The notes beneath the pieces were generated by a model. The model searched no databases, had not been told where the DNA came from, and saw nothing but the letters and a program-made list of their open reading frames with translations. A stretch of 64,000 bases of DNA, taken from contig NC_079173.1 in NCBI RefSeq assembly GCF_947568905.1, positions 20,584,001 through 20,648,000 on the forward strand. The letters are read 5' to 3'. The first letter of the stretch is position 1. Every line of letters begins with the position of its first letter. The DNA is from Ostrea edulis (lineage: Eukaryota). The translations under genes and the position numbers were made by a program. Positions 26,436 through 38,339 of the stretch are shown here, piece after piece.

Positions 26436-26507
26436 TTCTTCATGGTTCTAGAAATGTAATTTTCTGTACAACACGTACAGAAAATTAATTTCTAGAACCA
26501 AGAAGAA
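26436..26507. repeat. Near-perfect 33/34-bp palindrome
   Basis: ttcttcatggttctagaaatgtaattttctgtac-aacac-gtacagaaaattaatttctagaaccaagaagaa; 1 mismatch and 1 bulge. Confidence 0.85.
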
Positions 26508-27011
26508 AAAAATCTTACTTGAAAAATTTCACAGTCTTCAATGTTTGTTTATTTCCGTAAGCTTATTAGAATATAAAATTGTACAAAGGATGGATGGACT
26601 ACTTACTAGTAATAAACAATCATTGAGGCAGATTTTGTAATTATTGAAGCTGAGCTAATGTTTGCTGCTCAGGTGAGCTAATACACAAAACTTCGATAGG
26701 TTGGTGAAAGACTGGCTCTAGGAGACCGATCACTCCCACGCGAAACTCCTCGGCGTGGAAGGTTGAAATCCCACTCTAAAGCCAGATTTCTGGAGTTTGA
26801 GTCCCATTTCCGAGTAGGTGTAAACTGGTTCCTCGTTCAGGAAATTCGCACAGAGTACTCCAGCTCAGCTTAGGCAGGTCTCTCCAGAGATCTATTTAGG
26901 CGGGGGATTGACCCTAAAATACATCTCACTCTTAACCAGATTTCCCAGGGGGTTGATTAAAATATCATTCTAGAGCCAGGTGTCCGGGAGATAGGTAGGT
27001 CTCACACTAGA

Positions 27012-27895
27012 TCATGCCTTCCTGAGGGAAAATTTCATCTAGATTCAGACAGAAATCTCACTGATCCCGACTTCCTGAGGGAAAGTTTCATCTAGAGTCA
27101 GACATTCAGACAGAACTCTCACTGATCCCGACTTCCCGGGGGAAAGTTTCATCTAGAGTCAGACATTCAGACAGAACTCTCACTGATCCCGACTTCCCGG
27201 GGGAAAGTTTCATCTAGAGTCAGACATTCAGACAGAACTCTCACTGATCCCGACTTCCCGGGGGAAAGTTTCATCTAGAGTCAGACATTCAGACAGAAAT
27301 ATCACTGATCCCGACTTCCTGAGGGAAAGTTTCATCTAGATTCAGACAGAACTAATACTGATCCCGACTTCCTGAGGGAAAGTTTCATCTAGAGTCAGAC
27401 ATTCAGACAGAACTCTCACTGATCCCGACTTCCCGGGGGAAAGTTTCATCTAGAGTCAGACATTCAGACAGAACTCTCACTGATCCCGACTTCCCGGGGG
27501 AAAGTTTCATCTAGAGTCAGACATTCAGACAGAACTCTCACTGATCCCGACTTCCCGAGGGAAAGTTTCATCTAGAGTCAGACATTCAGACAGAAATATC
27601 ACTGATCCCGACTTCCTGAGGGAAAGTTTCATCTAGAGTCAAGACATTCAGACAGAAATCTCACTGATGCCGACTTCCTGAGGGAAAGTTTCATCTAGAG
27701 TCAGACATTCAGACAGAAATATCACTGATCCCGACTTCTTGAGGAAAAGTTTCATCTAGAGTCAGACATTCAGACAGAAATCTCACTGATCCCGATTTCC
27801 TGAGGGAAAGTTTCATCTAGAGTCAGACATTCAGACAGAAATCTCACTGATTCCGACTTCCTGAGGGAAAGTTTCATCTAGAGTCAGACATTTAG
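27012..27895. repeat. 61-bp minisatellite (with 51-bp variants)
   Basis: About 15 units of actgatcccgacttcccgggggaaagtttcatctagagtcagacattcagacagaactctc. Confidence 0.9.
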
Positions 27896-28534
27896 AAAAA
27901 AATATCACTTTAGAACCAGATTTCCGGGCAGGGACTTGAAACTGGGGACATGACTCTGCTTTACGGTGGGTTATCTCCCATAAGGCCCCACCTAGAACCA
28001 GAATTGCGGTGGGAAGTCTCACTAGGATAAAATCTCAATCTATAAAATTGGGAAGATGTTTAGAATGCTTCAAGAAGTACGTACGCTAACTCTGGATTCC
28101 CGCTTACATTTTCCACTTTTTTGTAATTTTGCAAGTTATATTTTTTTCAAATGCAAAGTAGAATCAATTTGTAATTGATTATGAACTTTTAATACCAGTG
28201 TTAATTAAATCAATTGCTCTTAATTTCAACTCCTTTTGATTAGGGGGTAGAAAAATATGTTCCTTGAAACCGGCCTGTAAAACGTCATATCTTTTAAAAT
28301 TCTTATTGATATCAATAAATAACCATTCAATATGTCAAATTACTTTATATTATTGAGTAAACAATGGTTAATCTTTGTTTCTCACACTTAAACCTCATTT
28401 TCAATTGATTATAGAGTGAATATTTTTGGTGTGTTTTGGTCTGTAAACGCCCCCCCCCCCCCCCCCCCCCCCCCCCAAGAAACAACAAAACGTTTTGGTA
28501 AGAAAGGTCATATCCGAAAAACCAGCGATTCTTA

Positions 28535-29805
28535 CTTATAAATGTCGAGTGTTTGGTGATACTTATAAATGTCGAGTGTTTGGTGATACTTATAAATGTC
28601 GAGTGTTTGGTGATACTTATAAATGACGAGTGTTTGGTGATACTTATAAATGACGAGTGTTTGGTGATACTTATAAATGTCGAGTGTTTGGTGATACTTA
28701 TAAATGTCGAGTGTTTGGTGATACTTATAAATGTCGAGTGTTTGGTGATACTTATAAATGTCGAGTGTTTGGTGATACTTATAAATGTCGAGTGTTTGGT
28801 GATACTTATAAATGTCGAGTGTTTGGTGATACTTATAAATGTCGAGTGTTTGATGATACTTCTAAATGTCGAGTGTTTGGTGATACTTATAAATGTCGAG
28901 TGTTTGGTGATACTTATAAATGTCGAGTGTTTGGTGATACTTATAAATGTCGAGTGTTTGGTGATACTTATAAATGTCGAGTGTTTGGTGATACTTATAA
29001 ATGTCGAGTGTTTGGTGATACTTATAAATGTCGAGTGTTTGGTGATACTTATAAATGTCGAGTGTTTGGTGATACTTATAAATGTCGAGTGTTTGGTGAT
29101 ACTTATAAATGTCGAGTGTTTGGTGATACTTATAAATGACGAGTGTTTGGTGATACTTATAAATGTCGAGTGTTTGGTGATACTTATAAATGTCGAGTGT
29201 TTGGTAATACTTATAAATGTCGAGTGTTTGGTAATACTTATAAATGTCGAGTGTTTGGTGATACTTATAAATGTCGAGTGTTTGGTGATAGTCACTTATA
29301 AATGTCGAGTGTTTGGTGATACTTATAAATGTCGAGTGTTTGGTGATACTTATAAATGTCGAGTGTTTGGTAATACTTATAAATGTCGAGTGTTTGGTAA
29401 TACTTATAAATGTCGAGTGTTTGGTGATACTTATAAATGTCGAGTGTTTGGTGATACTTCTAAATGTCGAGTGTTTGGTGATACTTATAAATGTCGAGTG
29501 TTTGGTGATACTTATAAATGTCGAGTGTTTGGTGATACTTATAAATATCGAGTGTTTGGTGATACTTATAAATGTCGAGTGTTTGGTAATACTTATAAAT
29601 GTCGAGTGTTTGGTGATACTTATAAATGTCGAGTGTTTGGTGATACTTATAAATGTCGAGTGTTTGGTGATACTTGTAAATGTCGAGTGTTTGGTGATAC
29701 TTATAAATGTCGAGTGTTTGGTGATACTTATAAATGTCGAGTGTTTGGTGATACTTATAAATGTCGAGTGTTTGGTGATACTCACTTATAAATGCCGAGT
29801 GTTTG
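28535..29805. repeat. 27-bp minisatellite
   Basis: About 47 near-identical units of cttataaatgtcgagtgtttggtgata. Confidence 0.95.
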
Positions 29806-30044
29806 AACTCGCATGTTTAAAAAACTGCAGGTTTATAAAAAAAAAAATTCAAATGCAAACATATACTGAAAATTTTATTTATGAAAATTATTACAAAAGT
29901 TAGCTGGATTTCAAATTTAGACTTTTCCCGCAAGTATATTCTCCCTTTATGGTTTTGAGGCCTGGTTACGAAGCGAACGCTCTAACGCGACCGGTCTGCT
30001 AAAAGTGAATTGTGTTGGTGTATTTTAAGTTCATATCCAATGAT

Positions 30045-31162
30045 TGATTGATTGATTGATTGTATATTGTTCAACGTCCCTCTTGAGAATTTTTCACTAA
30101 TTTGGAGACATCATTTGCCGGTGAAAAACTACAAAATTGAGACCTACGCTCGGCGCTTACGGCCAGCAGGGAGGGGTCTTTATCGTGCCATATCTGCTGT
30201 GACACGGGGCCTCGAATTTTTGCGGTCACATCTACAGAACCGCCCAATTTAGTCGCCTATTACGACAAGGAGGGGTTACTGAGGACCTACTCTAACCCGG
30301 ATCCCCACATGGGGTGGTTCTTTCACATGAGTCCGCAAAAACCGAGGCCCGCGTTACATCAAGTGTGGCACGATAAAGATCCCTCTCGGTATAAAGGCCG
30401 TAAACGTCGAATATAAGCCTAAATTTTGCAGCCCTTCACTGGCAATTGTGATGTCTCCCTATGAGTGAAAATTTTCGAGTGGGACGTTAAACAATATACA
30501 ACCAACCAACCTTATCGAAAACTGTTGGCATCGGGTTTAGAGAACTTTACAAAATCGGACCGTGTCACAGTAGGTGTGGCACGATAAAGATCCCTCCCGG
30601 CTCAAAGACCGTATGACCCGAACATAGGCCTAAAATTTGCAGCCCTTCACCCGCAATGGTGACGTCTCCATATGAGTGAAATATTCACGAGAAGGACGTT
30701 AAACAATATTCAATCAATACAATCGGATCGACGAAATATCTAACCCAGATCAGTTGTTTGAAGCCATTCTTGATATATGGCAGATCTCCTCCGTGGAATA
30801 CATTAGAAATCTCTATCAGTCTCTACCACGAAGAACTCTGCACATGCATTTGGTCCAAGGGACGCCTCACAAAGTGCTGAAGGTATGGGGTCAAGAACGG
30901 CGTGTATTGTGCCAAGCGAGACCACTCTAATTTGACGCGTGTAACACAAATTCCTTTTTGCAGGTATTGTGAATTCTCAATTAGCGCTTTAAAACGGAAG
31001 TCCCATGTCACGGCAGGCGTTGGCACGATAAATAACCCTCACTAAGTACGGCCCTGAACGTTAAGCATGGGTCTAATGTGGTACTTCACCTACAGCAGGT
31101 GGCGTCTCAATATGAGTGAAAAATTCTCAACGAGACGTATAAACAATAAATCAATCAATCAA
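30045..31162. mobile_element. Cluster of SINE family A copies
   Basis: Minus copy ~30045-30310 abuts plus fragments at ~30311-30510 and ~30558-30722, with a diverged variant at ~31003-31162. Confidence 0.8.
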
Positions 31163-32181
31163 CATAAGGTCCTAGCTTGGGAAATTTGATATTCAAACAT
31201 CATATTTCACTATTATAGATATCGTTTATGTGCATGCCTATATACATTCCTCTGACATTACTTGTACTAATACATGATATTTCTGTATTGTACCTCATGT
31301 TCCACTTTCATTGTGATTTAAGCCAATAAAATGAATGATCAGAAATGAATGAATGCATTTTAAAAAAAAAAAAATTCATCCCCATTCTGCCAATAAGGAC
31401 ATTTCTTAGTGTGTGATTCCATCTCTTTCTTAGAGTGACTTCCTTAAAATAAAACATCATCTGACAGCAAAATATTTTTTATTGGAGCTACACTGCTTTA
31501 TTTCCTCAATACTCTGCAGCTCTTTAATGAGTAACGTTGGAACAATTGCAGTTTACAAATGTACTGAGTGAAAACATGAACAGAAAATAAAATCATTTCA
31601 GAACATACACACATATATATGTATGTACAACAAATAATCGACTCTGTACACAAACACAACAAAATCCATTATTTCTAACACTCACACTGTTAATATTAAT
31701 TGTAGATAATACTGAATATTGGTAAGAAGATCGACTTCCCCTTTTCACCATGCATCAATATAGAAATATCTTATTCTGCAATTATTTATGGCACTTCATA
31801 ACAACAAACCTCTACCGAAGAGGGTCGTTAACCTTAGATATCTATATCTTAATTAATTTATTAAACTTGATATTTGCACATCGCTGGATTTGAGAATAAT
31901 AATGAAACATTTATGGTCGTGTTGACAAATACAAATCCGATTTGAGTGTTTATAATTGACATTGCATGTGGAAAGCAACACACAGGGTAATTCTGTGTAA
32001 AGTGTACCTTAAGCTTTGGGGTAAAAATTCAAATAAACAACAGCAACGAAATTAAAAGAGGCCGAAAATGACCTCAACGGGAAAACGGTAAGTTTCAATT
32101 CTGATTCAATTAACACACACAACAGTATTATCAAACTTTAGTGTACACATCATAAGGACTCTCCACTATCAAACTGATCCT

Positions 32182-32447
32182 TCCCGAGGGGATCCGGCTT
32201 AGAATAGCTCCTCAGTATCCCTTGCTTGTCGAAGGAAGCGACTAAATCAATGGGTCGCGGTCCTTCGGATGAGACCGCAAAAATCGAGGCCCTGTGTCAC
32301 AGCAGGTGTGGCACGATAAAGATCCGTCCCTGCTCAAAGGCCGTAAGCGCCGAGTAAAGGCCTAAATTTTGCAGCCCTTCCCGGCAGTGGTGAGGTTTCC
32401 ATATATGACAATATTCTCGAGAGGGACGTTAAACAATTTACAATCAA
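32182..32447 (+). mobile_element. SINE family A copy
   Basis: cccgaggggatccggcttagaatag..ccttcggatgagaccgcaaaaatcgagg..aaacaatttacaatcaat. Confidence 0.85.
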
Positions 32448-32749
32448 TGAAAAATGATCCTTGATGGTTCTACTTTTCTTGAACCCAGCAAATCAATTTG
32501 ACATATTGAGCACTGGCGGTTGCTACATTTTTTTTCCAAACTTTCCTATTTATTCTTTGAACATGCAGTTTCAATCTCAGTTGTTTTCCCGCCCTGAATA
32601 ACCTTGCATCCCTTTTAACTAAGGATACTTTCTGCAAAGTTTGATTAAATTATCCGTGTGGTTATTGAGAGGAAATTGAAAAATTAAAATATTTACCGAA
32701 GGACAATTTTTCAGCCCAAAAAAAGGTAAAAAATATTAGTATGAACGGT

Positions 32750-32965
32750 GAAGATCACGAACAGTGATCAATCTCATAACTCCTATAAGCAATACAAAAT
32801 AGAGCGTTGGATAAATATGGACCCCTGGATATATCAGAGGTGGGATCAGGTGCTTAAGAGGAATAAGCATCCCCTGTCGACCGATCACACCCGCCGTGAG
32901 CCCCATGTCTTGATCAGGTAAACGGAGTTATCCGTAATCAAAATCAGTATGCCAAGAACGACCTA
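32750..32965 (-). mobile_element. Penelope-like family B terminal fragment
   Basis: Matches the other B copies. Confidence 0.75.
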
Positions 32966-33324
32966 AGTATTTTATTTTTCACATAATGTAAGTAATGATT
33001 ACTCATTGTACACCATATCAAGGGTTAGTATACTCAACACCGCGAAGTGGTTTATAAAAGACCGCAAACTGTTCAACCTTATCCTTCATAATTCAATTAA
33101 TCTAATTACAGTATAATAGTTCTACTGAAAATAGGAATTTTAAATGCTGCGAAGTACATGTAATTGTGTAGTAGCAGCAAAATGGAAATAAAAGCACTGT
33201 GACGTCATTCCTACAGGAAGTCTTATGGCACGATTGTATGACAATTTACTTCATGCAAAATAAAGAATGTTGATAGATTCAAATGAACCAATCCAATTGC
33301 GTATTAGTTTTACAAGTGAAACTA

Positions 33325-33550
33325 GTGACCGAGTGGTCAGAGCATCGTGCTCAAAATCACACGCCCTCTCACCTCTGTCGGCGCAGCTCTCGCCGGTAGG
33401 TGAGAAAGTTTCCCAGTTTGCTCTCGGAAGGTCGGTGGTCTCTTCCCAGATACATTGTATCTGGGTTCTCCCTTCCACCAATAAAAACTGGGCGTCACCA
33501 GATAACTGAAAAATTGTTGAGTGTGGCGGAAAACATCAATCAATCAATAC
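33325..33550 (+). mobile_element. Second SINE family (V-SINE-like)
   Basis: tRNA-like head remnant gaccgagtggtcagagc; core ggtcggtggtctcttccc..ctcccttccaccaataaaaactg; (CAAT)n tail. The family name rests on recalled similarity to the V-domain. Confidence 0.55.
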
Positions 33551-33867
33551 AAGTGAAACTGAATTATTTATACTCATTAGCTTTAGAGGGCGGATGAGTG
33601 GTTGTTACAAGCGCGATATACATATATACAACTATTAAGTTATTAGTTTTATTAAAAATGTTTCAAGCTAAAGAAAACAGATAGCATGCGTTATTATGTT
33701 TTACTTTTCTGATTAAAAAATATTTGTTACTTGAGTGTTCTCTACCCCGATGCTGTAAATAAATCTTCAACAAATTTTGACTAGCAGAGTTAAAATGTCA
33801 CCTGACGAAATTATAACTAGAAACTATTTCAGATTAATTAGATTATTCTATGACTAATACTTGTACT

Positions 33868-34231
33868 ACCTTTCACCTATCAATGATTCTGTAAGTGACT
33901 ACATTTCACCTCTCAATGATTCTATAAGTGACTACATTTCACCTCTCAATGATTCTATACGTGACTACATTTCACCTATCAATGATTCTGTAAGTGACTA
34001 CATTTCACCTCTCAATGATTCTATAAGTGACTACATTTCACCTCTCAATGATTCTATACGTGACTACATTTCACCTATCAATGATTCTGTAATTGACTAC
34101 ATTTCACCTCTCAATGATTCTATAAGTGACTACATTTCACCTCTCAATGATTCTATAAGTGACTACATTTCACCTCTCAATGATTCTATAAGTGACTACA
34201 TTTCACCTCTCAATGATTCTGTAAGTGACTA
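33868..34231. repeat. 33-bp tandem repeat overlapping the TRIM stop codon
   Basis: 11 units of taagtgactacatttcacctctcaatgattcta; tttcacc recurs at 33871, 33904 ... 34201. Confidence 0.95.
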
Positions 34232-36596
34232 TGTTTCCGTTAGAATAAGCCACGGCTAGCATTGGCATGGCATCGCGAGGAGTGAAAACAGCGGCTTTAC
34301 ACGGTTCATCGCTATCCAGTTCCGTTTCTACCATGCCTAAAAATCGACCGGATGGAGAGACTACATGGAGGCGATTGGATCGAGAATCTATGACGATAAC
34401 ATACCGGTCACGGGCATTGAGCGCCAACCCATTCGGTTCTCTAAGCGGAAATGCATCTGTGCCTTGATATCTGTGAAAGATCTGTCCTCGTCCCGCCATT
34501 TTCACAAATATCACACTCTTTTTCTGAAAGTCTGTCACCATGATCCTGTCGTCAATCATTGTAATGCCACGTGGGTACGACAAAAATGTCCTTCCGGTAT
34601 TTTCTGGGTAACATGACGTCAGTATATGACCATCTCTATCGAGAATGTCAATTCCGGGCGGTGAGAAAAACTGCGACAGAGTGGCTCCGATAAAAGTCTG
34701 GTCACTTGAATTATAAGTAAGCACAGAGTAGCCCCGCTTTGTGGCTAGCTTCCTCTTAATCATAAGTTCTGGTTTTATGTAGAGCATAATGTAAATCATC
34801 TTAGCTTCTGGAATCGCGATGGCGCTGTACTTATCCGGCATGTCGGCGATATCCCAGGGCTGGAAGTTTCCTAGGGAGAATACATGGACGATATTACCGC
34901 TGCTGTGGATCACTTTCAGCCGATGGTTCCACCTGTCCGCCAGGAGTAAGTACTCGTGGTCTATCCAGGACAGTCCAAACACCCTCGGTGGCTTCATATC
35001 TCCGATCGCTGTGGAAGAGGCTTTCCAACACATCTGTAGACGAAGATTTGTACCTGGTCTGTCACGTGACCGCGTTCTGTCCACTGGTTGGTGATGATGG
35101 GAGTGATGTTGATGACGTCTCTGAGGATGTGGAGATCTTTCGTCCATTACCTGCGGTCTGCTGGATATTGCATACCGAACCGGCTGCGGTGAGACTGGGC
35201 GTCTCCGAACGTCATCGCATTCTGAAGACCTTGAACTATCATCAGTTCTGCTCGAAAGATTTGGCGGTGGTGCAGAAGGCACAGGACGGAGGTGATGAAA
35301 TTGTCTCGGAGAATTGCCAGAAATGAGGTCAGATAAACTAGGTTTCACCTGGTCCGCAGTTTCTTGACTAATAGGTTCATCTTGCTGTGCAATAGATTGG
35401 ACTGGATTCGGTGTCGGGAAAAGTCCAGAGTATGGTGGCGGTGGGTCTTCAGTGTTGCTTATTTCAATGATAATGTTATTTTGTTCTGCATCATTTCGAG
35501 TTTCATCAATCTCATCAGTTTCTTCCTCGGATTCACTCTCTGTTTCTGATGAAACCGAGCTTGATAAACTGTCAGAATTTTCATTTCTATTCTCATTATT
35601 TTCAAGACTTGAATTTTCGTCAGTCACTTCTTCGTTTGGAACAGATTCGTGCCGAACAATTGTAGAATCTTTGTGATGGTCATACTGTCTCGTGTTGATC
35701 ACCTCTATTTTTATCAGATCTGTTGACGTCATAGCATCTTCAAGCTCAGTGTTGATGATAAAGCGTGTTTCTGGTGAATCCAATAGCAACTTGCATTTTA
35801 CTGAGTCCAGATGATGGAGCTGCCTATTCATCCCTGTACAAATTCGGAGCACAGACATTTCAGAAATTCTATCTAAATCGTTCCATATTTTCTCAAATGA
35901 CTTCAGCTTCGCTTCCACATCTTCTAACAATACGGTGCACAAGTTCAAATCATCTTTAATGAGCTCTTTTTCCAATGAAACCAGGTGTTCTAAATCCTCT
36001 TGAACCTTCTGTTCTTGATAGATAAGATATTGCGTCACTTTTTGTCGTAGGTCTGAAAAATAATCAGAAATCCCTAGCGCCGTCTGTTCTTTCTTCATCA
36101 GGAGTTGTCGCCCTTTAGGCAACAACGTACCATGCGTCTCAGTAAACTCAGAAACAATTCGACGGAATTTCTTCGTTAAAACATCGTTAATTTCCGGAAA
36201 CACATCTTTCAATTGTCCATCAGGTCCGACAACATCACAATCGAAATGACTCTCCTGACGACAGAGAACGCAAAGTGGCACTATACAAGTCCTGCAGAAA
36301 CTATCTATGTGAGCACGAAGGTGCGATTTGCATTCAATGTTTTCCCCATTTGCTAAAACGAATTCTTGAGCAACAGCGTCTTCCGGAAGTGAGTCGATGT
36401 AATTACCATCAACTTCCGGGTCAACAGAAATGCTGTGATTACATTTTGGACACGGGTAGGACGACTTTCTCTTGTAGTCTTCAAGATAGGTGTTGAGACA
36501 AGCAAGGCAGAAACTGTGACCACATACTAAACGTCTTGGCGACTTGAAAGTGTTTTGGCATATTGAGCAGAGTGACAATGATGCAAGTTCATCCAT
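34203..36596 (-). CDS. TRIM-family E3 ligase: RING, B-box2, coiled coil, acidic/Pro-rich linker, NHL-like beta-propeller (797 aa)
   Basis: RING CSIC..CGHSFCLAC..CPKC; B-box CKSH..CRTC..CVLC..H; C-terminal LLADRWN..PWDIA..YPRGI..VTD..EPNGLA repeats. Acceptor tttcccatttag just upstream of the ATG implies a 5' UTR exon; the CDS is intronless. Confidence 0.92.
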   Translation of the reverse strand: MDELASLSLCSICQNTFKSPRRLVCGHSFCLACLNTYLEDYKRKSSYPCPKCNHSISVDPEVDGNYIDSLPEDAVAQEFVLANGENIECKSHLRAHIDSFCRTCIVPLCVLCRQESHFDCDVVGPDGQLKDVFPEINDVLTKKFRRIVSEFTETHGTLLPKGRQLLMKKEQTALGISDYFSDLRQKVTQYLIYQEQKVQEDLEHLVSLEKELIKDDLNLCTVLLEDVEAKLKSFEKIWNDLDRISEMSVLRICTGMNRQLHHLDSVKCKLLLDSPETRFIINTELEDAMTSTDLIKIEVINTRQYDHHKDSTIVRHESVPNEEVTDENSSLENNENRNENSDSLSSSVSSETESESEEETDEIDETRNDAEQNNIIIEISNTEDPPPPYSGLFPTPNPVQSIAQQDEPISQETADQVKPSLSDLISGNSPRQFHHLRPVPSAPPPNLSSRTDDSSRSSECDDVRRRPVSPQPVRYAISSRPQVMDERSPHPQRRHQHHSHHHQPVDRTRSRDRPGTNLRLQMCWKASSTAIGDMKPPRVFGLSWIDHEYLLLADRWNHRLKVIHSSGNIVHVFSLGNFQPWDIADMPDKYSAIAIPEAKMIYIMLYIKPELMIKRKLATKRGYSVLTYNSSDQTFIGATLSQFFSPPGIDILDRDGHILTSCYPENTGRTFLSYPRGITMIDDRIMVTDFQKKSVIFVKMAGRGQIFHRYQGTDAFPLREPNGLALNARDRYVIVIDSRSNRLHVVSPSGRFLGMVETELDSDEPCKAAVFTPRDAMPMLAVAYSNGNIVTYRIIER

Positions 36597-36872
36597 TGTT
36601 ACCTAAATGGGAAATGAGATATGTATTAACAATTTGCTTTACATACAAAGTACACGTTGAAAACTTGTCATTCCCTTACCATACTCTGAGTTGAAAAGTT
36701 TCCATTCCCTTACCTCACAATGAGTTGAAAATTTTCTATTTCCCTCTCTCTATTCCCTCTTTTCTAACTCTTGTCAAAGATAGATAACTCACGAAAAAAT
36801 AAGTGTAAAAAAAAAACTTCACAATGTGAAGCTGGTTCATGATTAACTGTATATGTTTTAATTTTACAATTG

Positions 36873-37125
36873 AGTGATTGATTGTATATTGTTCAACGTC
36901 CCTCTCAAGAATTTTTCACTCATATGGAGACGTTACCATTGCCGGTGAAGGGCTGCAAAATTTAGGCCTATGCTCGGCGCTTACGGCCTTTGAGCAGGGA
37001 AGGATCTTTATCGTGCCACACCTGCTGTGACACGGGACCACGGTTTTTGAGGTCTCATCCGAAGGACCGCCTCCTACGACAACCAAGGGGTACTGAGGAC
37101 CTATTCTAACCCGGATTCCCACGGG
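36873..37125 (-). mobile_element. SINE family A copy
   Basis: Near-identical to 3534-3803. Confidence 0.85.
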
Positions 37126-38339
37126 GGAACAATTGATATTCACTCCCATAACAAAATTCAAACTGTGGTGCATGGAATAACGCAATAAGTCAAAAATATC
37201 CCCTCCAAGTACCACATAATACTCTCGAAAATACTTCTCTTAAAAATAACGTTATTACAGTGGGTATGAGTAGCGATGTTGAAAGTATCTAAATTTCTCG
37301 TACAGCATGAATCTAAGTTTGTGCAATGGTGTATTAGATTCTCTATATTTCATATCAAATAAACCAAATATATTTATTTAATGTTACCAATGCTTCGATA
37401 TTTCTTTAGCTGTATGAATACATTTCCCATGTGTCTGTGTGTTGTGTATAGCGTTCCTAGTCACTGTATTTAAAATCAATAGATTTACTCCGTCAGGTAA
37501 CTCCGTACATATATAAATCGTTCATCACAGATATTGATTAGATATGTTGATCGGATTAATTCATAATGCGTTAATTTGGACGAATAGTTTGACTTCTAAT
37601 TCTGAACACGGAATTGCAGACGAAGATTTTATGTAGGCCCTACCAGTTCCTTTATGTATACTACCCCTTAGAGATAGAGAGACTAATTATAGTTGAAGTT
37701 TAAAACGCAAAAACGTAATTGTTCTAAAACTAATGGACGATCGCCATAAGTGACAGGCAAGCTCCGAGTAAACTACATGTATTATAGATTCTATAAAAAA
37801 CTATAAAGAACAATTCTTGGCACACATTTCACCAAATATCGTCAGATTTTCGATCTTTTATTTCCACCTGCCAGTTTACTGTCTAGCCACGATTTCGTGC
37901 AATATTTACACATATATTCAGTGAAGAGTAAATGAAAGGTTATTTTGCAATAATATTATCATCATCGTTATTTCAAATATGGAGGTTATTTTAATTCTGG
38001 AGATAATATTGGAATTACGTAATACATGTGTACTTACATCAATCAGGAAATAGCGGTTTAGGTATATCACATCTTCTATCGCCAAATCACGAATCACCTA
38101 CTGTACTTCTCTACTTGTCTTCGATTTGTTTACATCTACCCGATAGGAATAATAGCTAAATCCGAAAACGGAGTTTAAAGTTCCGATAAGGTCGGAGAGG
38201 TAAAAAAAATCAATGAAATAAAGAAATACTGCATTTTTAATCAAAGCATTAAGACAACAAACATAATTATATGTGTAAACACTTTATAAAACTTTAGATA
38301 TGATAATAATTGATACAGAATGGATGCGAATAGAAAGAA

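Noticed and set aside
28345-29903. Long ORFs of 160-412 aa (VILINVECL / ITKHSTFIS repeats)
   Set aside because: They are translations of the 27-bp minisatellite, open in several frames on both strands, with no splice or domain support.
34267-36496. Plus-strand ORFs antisense to TRIM, and 49634-51379 antisense to the cGLR
   Set aside because: Shadow ORFs of GC-richer coding sequence with no recognisable motifs.
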